From the NCBI GenBank assembly GCA_003344405.1, contig NOWV01000002.1, forward strand, positions 620,001 through 684,000: DNA of 64,000 nt, written 5' to 3'. The notes beneath the pieces are model-generated. The model was not told the origin of the DNA. It saw nothing but the letters and a program-made list of their open reading frames with translations, and did no database searches. Both the position numbers and the translations under genes were made by a program. Positions 1-11,100 of the stretch are shown here, in pieces. Every line of letters begins with the position of its first letter. The first letter of the stretch is position 1. The stretch is from Trichoplax sp. H2 (taxonomy: Eukaryota).

Positions 1-114
1 TCTTGGCTCTAGTGTTTGCTTATATTACAGTTTTAGTCGATCTGGATCAACGGCCATTACTACTACATTATGTTAAGAATTTATATATTGATTTTTACTT
101 ATAGGTTATCATAC

Positions 115-2544
115 CGACAATGCCTATTTTTTCGAATAAAAGAAAATTCTTTGGCACATCCGCAGCAATGCTTAGAAGCTGTAATTGGCTGTCAGAATCC
201 GCTTAGATTAGTACTGTATACGATTGTTATGTACATACCTAAATATTTATAGATATTATCTTCCTTATATTTGAAATGGCTGATTTTTTAAATATCCAAG
301 GATATAGTAGATTAGTAGAAATACTGTGTCAATCTTACCATCCAGTTATTTGATTTTTGCCATTCAGGTATGCCGTTAAAGCTGTTTAAAAAGAGCTTAG
401 CAGAAGTAACCAATGATGAAGAAGAGATCATTCCTCTAAATCCATCTATTAAACGAGTTATTTCTGCATGCAGTAAAGCCGCAACTGATGGAGATTTATT
501 CAATTTTCCGTCAACCTCCGATCTTGTTACGCTTCCACTTCTAATTAATACTCTTTCATCCCTCATTTGACGTTGAAAACGGGTATAATCTTGCATTAAA
601 TTTGTCATGGTTCCCATTGCCTGAGCTTCAGGCTGATAACAGTGTAAACAGACCTAGAAAGAGTTACTTGAGTGTTATTAATCTGTTCTTAAAGTGACAT
701 TAACATCGTGCAGGATGAAAAAATTTTTATAATCCTACAGGATCAAGCCATGAAATTTGCTAATAAAAGATTTTAAAGCTAATTTAGTCCATCAAGGTGA
801 CTATATAACTATCACTTCAAAACGTCAACGAGTTGAAACAAGGATGATCTAACCTACCCTGTATAATTGCCCATTAACATGATAATTTGCTGTAGGTGAT
901 AATCTTCTCTTATAGTTGCTACAACTGCCACAGAATATTTCTCCACATCTGCATCAAGACGAACTGATTAACAATTTGTAAATTTATACTAAAATTAACA
1001 ATTAAATCCTTAAGGAATATAGTTCAAATGCAGTAAGAACATAGATATAATTTGAACACGGCATACTGTACATGCATACCGCTAAATAAAAATTATATAC
1101 ACAACATTAAAAAATACAGCATATGAAATTTATTGTTTTGCTATGAAAGTAATCGCATTTTGAAGCAGTAGTACAACCATTACAAATACTAGACAACCCG
1201 TTCAATTGAAAGGAACGTTTGAGTTTGTTTAGGCTTGCTTTGCTACATTAATCAAATGTATCTGGTATTTATTATCGATGTTTATTAATTATTCTTGTAG
1301 TAGACCTGGCATGATTATTTGTAGTGATTTAACAGCTCTAAGTTTGTAAATTATATAATTCAATTGTATTTGTTTATTCTTAATACTGCAGTTCAACCTG
1401 AAATATAAAGCATACCATCGTGTGTGTGTGCATTACAATTATTACACAATATCTAGAGTCATATCTATCATGTAAGCGGTGAAAGCTACTGCACATTATT
1501 TAAAATTTCTTTAATTTTAATATAGCTCAAGAGAGTACTTTCACGTTCAAAGGAATGCTTAATCAAGTAAGTGATGAGGTAGCTTACATTCTGCAGTGGT
1601 GCCGTCTTTCAATTATAGTAAATTTCTTCTTACAATTTAAGTTGGCACAGTAATCTCTCATCTGATTTGGAACCCAATGGGACTGTGTAATAGGGGCTAC
1701 AGACACAGTGCCTTCATGATTTTGCAATAAATTTGTTATTTCGTCATTATAAGTATTCGAATCCGTGGTGTTAGTGGAATTAAGAATATCATAGTTATTG
1801 TTGCGAGCCATCTGGGATTCCTACATGTCAAATAAAAAAAGAATAGAATAGTAAACATTAACATCAAAATAAACTTCTCGTATAATAAATACCAGCGATG
1901 GGTAAAGATATTGCCATTAACGGTTATTACATGAAGCGATTGCATTGTAACATTATTTTTGGTATGGTAGTGATCGATAGCAGTTGCAGTGAGAATTTAC
2001 TTTCATTGCTAATTTTTACGATGTCATTGCAAAAAATACTACAGTATGTGGCATTTCTTTCTTCAATGGCACTTTTCTTGGTATTTTGCATTATCATGAT
2101 CAGTCAATTTGATACGTAGCCATAGGATGGGTTATTACAGATAAATGTGATCAGATAGATAGTGCATCAATTGAAAAATGACCGTAGTAGCCATAAATAC
2201 TATAAGCAGTTGAAAAAGTGGATGATTATGATCAATGTTAATGGACTATGATCTCGTGCTCATATTGATTTACCGAAACTTGGTATTATCATTAGTTATT
2301 TATCTTAATCTAATTTTCATGTGTAAATGGTTTTAAGATTACAGTACTGTATTATATCAGTCCAAGATAAAAATAAATGACATTTTGATTATCGATGTGT
2401 TATGTACGGCTTGAACAGTAGTAGATTGACAATTATCTAGAAGGAAAATGAACCAATTAATTACGTCATTGATTGATTCATTACAATACAATTTATGTAA
2501 TCTAAACAGTTTACCTTTTTGGCATTACTACTTCTAATTAACAT
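115..2544 (-). CDS. Tandem-FYVE zinc-finger protein, Vac1/Pep7/rabenosyn-5-like (3' partial, continues off the window)
   Basis: Exons 2544-2515, 1820-1588, 948-858, 653-339 and 188-115 join in phase through GT-AG introns. FYVE 1: TQSHWVPNQMRDYCANLNCKKKFTIIERRHHCRICGEIFCGSCSNYKRRLSPTANYHVNGQLYRVCLHCY. A helical linker follows, then FYVE 2 begins WMPITASKHCCGCAKEFSFIRKNRHCR. The first 30-nt exon (MLIRSSNAKK) is less certain; ATG 1811 is an alternative start. Confidence 0.85.
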
Positions 2545-2999
2545 TATACCTGCAGTATGTTTAGCTCTAGCTCTCAATCAACGTCATCTTTGCTTTATAG
2601 AGCAATATTATTCATTACTGAAACACTCACTATCACTTTCTTAAGGTAATGGTGGCAAAAGTAAACAGCAGCACATTGATGATTCTAACTTATATAAAAT
2701 ATGTAATCATCGAAATTCAAACCTGACGCTATCGGAATTCACTGTTGTCAATTGTGATTGGAAACCTAAGTGCAGTATTCGTTGACTACAGTACACAGAG
2801 TAGTGATCAAGGATCGTTGGGGCCAAGAGTGCAGTCTAAGCAAGTTTATCGTTCTCTCTTTCTTTGCAGCCAGTAGAATAGTTGTAATAATCTTTCCCCC
2901 CAAAATGACAGAAATAAGAGATCAATTTCTTCTAGAAATGGACTGCCAGGTTAGTCATTGGTGAACGTTGATTGGCACTAACGTTTAACAAAAGTCAAA

Positions 3000-3063
3000 A
3001 AACTGTTGACATTCCAACTGGTTCTGGTACCAAACTGTTGACATTCCAACTGGTTCTGGTACC
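3000..3063. repeat. 32-bp perfect tandem duplication
   Basis: aaactgttgacattccaactggttctggtacc occurs at 3000-3031 and 3032-3063. Confidence 0.95.
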
Positions 3064-3845
3064 GTACTAGTACAGGTCTAGATCGAATTTGAATGACGTC
3101 ATGTAGAGAGTGGAGTACTGTACGGGTGTACGGACTGTACTGTACTTCTTTTTGCTTGAGTAGAAATGGGGCCAATGAGCGCACGTTTCTCTTTCACTGT
3201 TGGTGACATACAAAATAGCACTTGCATGGGCACCAACATACAGTACTGTAGAGGGTGTGTGGAAAGCCATTGGATATTTCAAAGTGTAATATCAGGATAT
3301 TTTCCAATGATTTTCCACACATTTTTGTTGTAATCGTATAGAGTAAAGCTTATTATTTTTCATGGTAATAGCTGTCATGACCATACCCTTACCAAAAAGA
3401 CGCTAAGATAAATTGAACCCGCACGTCTCAATATCGTCCATACAGGGGTAACAACAAGTGTTCTTACTGCAAGTTCACTTTAACTGTACAGTCGAAAGGA
3501 AGAGGGGGAGGGAAATCGGTAAGGCATGTTCGATTCGCCGCAAACCTCCACTCGTAGGCAAAATAATATGGAGCCTGACCAAATTATCGGCTTCCATCGA
3601 TACCATTAAACATTGAACATTTAATGGCGAACAACGCTGAGTGTAATGCATCGATACAGTAGGTTAGTGGCCTAGTAGACTACTATCGGTGCGATGAGGT
3701 AGTCAGTTCCGTTGTCGGTGGTAAAAAGAAGAAATGCTTTTCTTTCATCTTTACTGTGTGTCACTGAGAAGGCTACATTATAGAGATTGTAATGAATTAT
3801 GATAATGATAATCGACAGTGCAGTTAGGCGCTGGATGCTTAATGC

Positions 3846-3941
3846 AAAATTGTATCCCCTGTGCATAAAAATGATCACCGTTACTCATGTCCTATTTCTA
3901 GTGAAGCGGTGGTAATTTTTGATGCACGGGGATACAGTTTT
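3846..3941. repeat. Imperfect inverted repeat, ~40-bp arms (fold-back or MITE-like)
   Basis: Left arm aaaattgtatcccctgtgcataaaaatgatcaccgttact; reverse complement of right arm aaaactgtatccccgtgcatcaaaaattaccaccgcttcact. Confidence 0.85.
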
Positions 3942-4670
3942 AATGGAGTAGTCCCTGACTGTACAGGCAGTGAAAGCCTCGCTCGTGATACTTGGCGTTT
4001 AGAGGTACTTTCTACTTAATGTCATTAAGCCAAATTGTCCTACACCAGTAATTTCCAATTTTCTTGACTACCGTATTAGCCTATTCTAATTTTAGATAGT
4101 ACCGTAGAGTACTGTACAGTATGTTGGGATGATTTCTCCAATTCTATTCTACACTACAGTACATTGTGCAATATTACCAACAGTATTGAGTATTGAGTAG
4201 TGTATTGTAACCCCACTACGACTAAACATTTAATCCGATTGAAAGCGCTACATAAAATCCGAATCCGATCCGAAAACTATTGAGTAGAGATGTTGAACGC
4301 CTTGCGGAAAGCGGTTGATCGCTGATAGCCGAACTGGATCGCAGTATCATGGATTGCTCATGGTCAATAAATACCGCTATTTATGGAGTAGTCCGAGACT
4401 ATATGCCACAATGAAAAAGCGAAAGTCAGTTTCAATTTCAATGACACTCTACAGTATAGGATAGGCTATTTTCTGTCCTGTGCGATCTTCTTGATTTTCT
4501 CCGTTGCAATCCGCAAAAGGAAGTGGATCACGCCATACTTTTACAGTAGTTAAGAGCTTGACAGTATTGTACTGTACTGTACAGTACGGCGTTCAAGATC
4601 TGTTTTTTGTCTGTGCTACCGTAGAACTACTGTAGTGTACCGTGCGTACTGTACAAAGAAGTATCAGCAG

Positions 4671-4683
4671 TTTCCCGCGAAAA
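4671..4683. promoter_or_regulatory. Candidate overlapping double E2F site
   Basis: TTTCCCGCGAAAA contains TTTCCCGC on + and TTTTCGCG on -; ATTGG (CCAAT box) lies ~30 nt downstream. Motif match only. Confidence 0.35.
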
Positions 4684-7600
4684 TGATGGAGGTCGACACC
4701 CGTCATGAGGTCTGATTGGTTGATTCTAGAAGACGATTGAATTCATTATTTATACAGTACAGTACAGTATACGGTACAGGACAGTACAGTACTGGACTGC
4801 AATAAGACTAACAATAACCACCACAACCGTGACAGACATGGAACGTTTTTTTGATGGTATGGTTTCCAGTCCCGTCCCGTACCGTACCGTTCTGGTCCGG
4901 ATTCTTCCCATGACCGTAGTAGACTACCGTGCTAGTGGATAGGACACAGTAGCCGGCGACTTGGATGTCAAGTCGGTACGATACAAGCAATTCTACATGT
5001 AGCAAGTTGTCAATGAAAATCAGTTGTTGCCGTCGTCTTTGACAGTCTAAAATTCAATTCCAAATTGACATCAAGACGCTGTGGAAATTAATTCCTTGTG
5101 TGGCGCGTAATTCTGAAAGGCGTAAATTGGAGACCTTTACTCGGTTAGCTTATCAATAGATACAGTCAATTTATAGGTTGGAAGTTTGCACTTGTTCCCC
5201 TGTGTATTGCAGCGTTGAATGATTTACTATAGGATAGCTGGTACTCCAATCATTCAACTGTCCATTTCCCCTCTACAATGATATCACCGTGGTAGCTACT
5301 GACGTTATTTTGTAGTAATTCATTCTCCATGGAAAGAGAAATCACGATATGCTATTCGCCATTTTTTCTTCATACCAAGCGCCTACTAAAGTTAGACGAG
5401 ATATTGCTGACTCCCTACTAGTTGTTCAATGGATTCTTATTGTAAACATGTGCGCTTATGCCCTAGTCATAAACTTGAATGAGGATCGTTTTATACTTAA
5501 TGCAAGATAGTTCAGCACAATCATCAAGAACAAATGCCCTCTTTACTCTACTCTATTGTACAGCTTACTACAAGCTGTAAAAGAGACAATTTGCTCAAGT
5601 CATAGCGTAAATTCACACATGTATCCAGCAATGTAGGTCGTCTCTCACTTCTTCATACGCGTACTCCAATAATATCATTTTTCAACTTCCCCCAAAAATT
5701 GCTACCTTCTCCACAACATCATCAACTGTAATCCATTTCAATGGACAACTGTTAAGCAATGCCAAAAGCCACAGCTCGCTATACTGTACAGTACATAATA
5801 GTTCTGCAAAGTGGAAGCCAAATTTCTTTTACTCCAACATAGTTGAAAGAACGCTCTACGCTAAGAATAAATGAAATACGGTAACAAGAAGTTGTGATGG
5901 GATCTCTTCAATATCTCTAAATACAACAGACACTGCTACGTTTGCTACTGGAGTATGGTATAATTCACCCAATTGATATGAATTCAAAAAATGATAATCA
6001 ATTATGAACTATCGCTATTCAGAACACAATTTGTATTAGACTTCCGTACCAGAATTGACAGTACTGTCCTGATTCTCGAAATGGACGTAATCGCAACTTT
6101 TACTTAAGGCTGTACATTAATTATTACAAAGGATTCAGGCTCAATGCAAAATTATTTTCAACTTTAGTCTTCATTTGATTCAGTCAATTTCACTACCATA
6201 CTATATTCAATTTTCTGCAATTTTAGAGAATGGAAGCTTAGTTAATTTTAGTATACGTAATGTAGTATTATTATTGAATACAAATACCAATGGATATACA
6301 TTAAGTATAATAAATTTTAGAGTTGACCTAAAAAAATAAGAAGAATGACTGCTATATCTACAGTAATTAAACATATTCAGTTATAGTGTACGTGTATATA
6401 CTGTAGAGAGAGCATACAGTTATTATCTCATTGCCCTTCATTTTCAGGCAGTTATTACAGTATCGATACATACGACGTAAATCATCACTGCTTGATGTTA
6501 TTCGGTCTGGCCTAGAAAATCTGATCGTACTCGTATTATCCCTTATTATTGTTATTGCAATAGCACTTGGATACTATACAGTATATCTTCCATTTAATAC
6601 ACATTATAATAACTACAAACTAATGAATTATACATATACATCTTATACATTTATGCATCACTTCTAGTGTATATGTTGCAATATTGATACAGTATAATCT
6701 CAGCACATTTTTATGCAGCTGTTGTTGTTACTGTCAAGAATCTGTCACTGATTCATATTATTCGGTCTATTCATGTTTCTATTATCGCTCATTGCATCGC
6801 ATTTTTGCGCTAAATTGTCCCTTTAGTAATCATTGTACTATCGTGTGTTGTGGCAGTAGTGTACTTTTTACTATCATCTGATATGTGCATTCATCTCAGT
6901 CCATTGGCTTTTCTAAATATCTCTATGATGTACACACCTGCTGCACACCTGCTGCGTACATACAGTCTGTGCAGCAGAAATAACTTGAATAAAGCAGTAA
7001 TAGTCTTCTATACGTACATTACTCTAATGTTCAATAAACTGTAGATTTTTCCTGTGCTTCGCTGAAACTATGTATGCAGAAAACTCACTTTACCAGAGCG
7101 CCAGCTACCCTTTATTGCCGTGACGCGTTTAGTTATACACAACTGCGCTGCTAAAGACTGTAGGTAACCCTACACTTATTTAGCAGTGTCGTAGCTGAAC
7201 TGAACGGACAGCACTGTAGTGAAAATGTTTATGAGCTTGTATTTGTATTACGGTGTGTAATTTTATTTATATTGTAGCTGAATGTTTAGTAAGCTATACA
7301 TTTAATTACTGTGTTAGAAGATTTGGTTCTATTAGTCCTTAATAACGTGCCAACTATACTTCAAGATTAGTGAGCCTAAATGAAACTTACCACAGTATAG
7401 CTCTTGCGGATGTTATGATTAGGCCGAAATATGTTTCTGTAAGACCCTATAAATTAGTATAATGGGTCAACATACTATCATTCCTATACTAATTTTACAT
7501 TTGCAAGGTGTATGGTACAATAAATTATTAATCAATGTGGAGTTAAAAGAATCGTTATACTTATCGCCGATTGAGTGGTGATATTGGTTACCATATTGTG

Positions 7601-8128
7601 TACATGATTATAAGCTAAATTTTTATGTGTATAAGTTATACGTAGCTATTTCACTTTAAGCTACACTACTGCATTGGTGTTGCGACCTCTTGAATTCTTC
7701 GACAGTTAATGAAGTACGGTTTACTTCAAATACAATATTATAACGTATTTTACAATGCATAAAAGTTGCGCAGAGAATGATTAGAAGATTTATTGCACTT
7801 AAAGTAGCTATTACAGGTTAAAGCCTTTTGCCAATGCAAAATAGCTAGCATATACGATGGATAGATAGGCAGTGGATTTACTATTATATAAATTACAGGT
7901 CAATTAGAATAGCGCAATCGCTTCAGTTTTATGTACTTTAAAGATATCGTTATCACGTCATGTTCACGCGTATAGAAGATTTGACAGCAAATTGAAATTC
8001 GTGTAGCCCCTTATTGTAATGAATATTGTACTGAAATTGATATGCGATACAAATAGGCTGGTGTTTATAACCACGTAATTTCTTTAGTTTATTAAATCTG
8101 ATGTTTCTATGTTAAGGTCTCAGGAATC

Positions 8129-11100
8129 ATGATGGCTTCCTCACTAGCAGTTACTCACTGTGCTAATAACGCTAACAATGATGAAGATAGCAGGTATTTT
8201 ATTAACATTAATAGCTTTTGATGCAGGGCAGTTAGATTACATCTCTATAACCCGTATAAGTAGCTGTTTAGTGGTATATATATATATAGGTAATGGTAGA
8301 TAAGCCACTTTTATATATCACTGATTGTGCACGTATTATATATAGTTATACCGATCAAACCATCCGGGATTTATTCAAGGACTTGCATAGCAATCTTAAT
8401 ATCACTGACCCGCTTGTGTTAGAGGAAGGATGGAATATGTGGAAGATTATTTCCGAGACCTTCAAAATTGTTAAAAATGTACGTTCGTAAATAAATGTTA
8501 CTAGTTACTTGTACATACTTCTATATTTTGATACTAGTTATGCTTCCTTATAGTCTTCATTTTTCAACCCAGTTCTCATCGTTCTCTAAATAAATTTTAT
8601 AGGATATCTCGCAGTGGGTATGTGCTATTAACTACATTGCTATTTATACGGCTAGGTAAGTAATATGAATGAAGTAAATAATTCGCATATTAGGATTATA
8701 CATTGTATAGATATGTACATGATCTTAATGTATGCATTCTCGTGATAGAATGTCATCAAAGGCTAGCATCCTTAAACCAATTCCTAAAGTTTTAAACCAT
8801 TTGATGGCTGCAAGAATAAAGTAATTTTTATATTTATACTCTCAACTTAATCAACCTTTACTACTCACATGTAATCTTGTAAATTATTGCATTTTTTAAT
8901 AGTATATTAGACTTTATCGATAAGCTTCAGAAACTAGGTGAAATTATTTCTGTTGAGAATCATGCAGCCAAGAAGCAAATTTATTTATTGAGTCGAAAGT
9001 ATTTAATAGATGCTGCACTGTTCGCCAAATGTGACCTGTAAGACTATATCGGTCCAACCTTATAATCCTTCATTATACTACAAAGTTTACATTAATGAAC
9101 TCGCTAGATATGTTAGTACTAAATGAAGTTCTTTTTTGGTCAATCTTGTAGGCTGATTGAGTTAGTCTTTCGTAAAGATATCGATAAGAGCATTCATAAG
9201 TTTAAAGATCTGCTTGATAATCCTAGAAGTTACATATGGTTATTGTTTTTAGTTGCCAAAGGTAAATATAACTTAAGTCTGTTTCATCTGCTGTTCCAAA
9301 TTTATATACATAGGCAGAATCGCTCACAAGAATTTTATCAACTATTTTATGATACCTAATCATTTTACTTGCGTATTAGATTCTCTACTAAAGGATCCAG
9401 AGCTATACATTGCGTACTACTTATTAATTTGCTGCGTTAACCATCTAGCAAAATCGGTACCTTCGAGTTTTATAAAAGAAAATTATCGTGAGTACTAAAC
9501 ATTAATATCTGAATATTGTAATATTTATGTTAACAAATTAAACAGCTACTTGATTTGTTTCCACTAGGTACTTTAATAGGAACTGATACTGAAAGCGTGA
9601 GTCACTTGATTTATGATGATAAAATTGCTATACTTTTTGAAACAGTAGACTTTATGAAACTTAAAAATATTTTTATCATAAATTTTGGGCAACAGGTTAG
9701 TTCTGAAATTTTACGGAAGTTGTGCGAAGATTTACATGTGCAGTATGAGGGGGTGCGTGATATTATAAACATTTTTACCTATTGCGTATACCTTACAAAA
9801 ATCATGATAGCTATACTTCGGTTTACAATGTATTTGATTGATTTTTTACAGGTTAGAGACTTTCATAATAACTGCTGGACTAGATTTCAAGTGACTGGAT
9901 CGAGTATTCTAAATCCCTTAAAGGTAAGAGCAACATTCATTTACTTAAATACTGTAACATACTAACTACTGTATATAGTCTGCGGATAATTGCATCACAG
10001 CATCCGCTACTAATCATAATACTACAGTACTATCCGTAATTGTATGCGTATTATTATTATTCTATTATATAATTTTTATGTTATTACAAATTAGATTGAT
10101 AATCTTAATAGAGAATATGAGGCTGCATTCATCAAGAATGGTACGAAAATTTGGTTCTGAACTTCTTAAATCTCTAGACTTGTAATGTGTTATCATATTA
10201 TTTCTAATCCTGATTAATTCGATTTTATTGAATAATTTTACAAGGTGACTTTGATGAGCGAGCATTTTTGGATGAATCTATTTTTGATAGCATGTTAAAG
10301 CCAAAGTATGTACTTCACATCGTTTATAGATAAATTAGTCAATACTTGGTAATACGCTTCTTACATTTTTACTAGTCTGTTAAGATATCGCATTACTTAC
10401 AATAAAAATTCTGGTTTGACAGGTCTACCGGGAAAGAAGATCGTGGTAGCTATAGAAAAGATCCACCACCTACACCTGTAAAGTAAGTTAACGAGCAAGT
10501 TTTGGTACATCTATTACATCTATGTGCAAAGATATATGGAATTAGAGGGGACTATTAATGGTTTATTATTGTTATAATAGATCTACGATGAAAAGCATTG
10601 CTAATTTGTTAGCTCTCCTAACATCTACTGAGTAAGTCATTTCAGAAATATTATTAAATAATGGCGTTATTTGACGTACTGTAGACACCTTAAAATGATG
10701 ATAACATATCGTATTGACTTTGTTCTTAGTACCACGCCAGGATCATTACTTTGTGATTACTTCAAGGTACGTTGTGTCTATTATTTAGTTAATGTAAGGC
10801 AACTACTAAGAATTAATGATGTCTAATACTGTTTCTTATACAGAAATGCTGTCCGAATCCATTTGATAGCATTCTTGCTCGTTTAGAACGTAAGTAAATG
10901 ACTCATTTGCGTCACGATTTTCGTTTCGATAGTTCATCGTTTAATCGTCAATTGATTACTGATAGGGTATCGAGATGTTTTCGTACAGAAATACGCAAAG
11001 CAGACAAGCTCAGCTTATTCCTCAATTAGTGATAAGGTACTTTTGACTACCGGAACAGAATTTCTGTAACGCTGTGTTTTGTATATATGGATAGGAGGAC

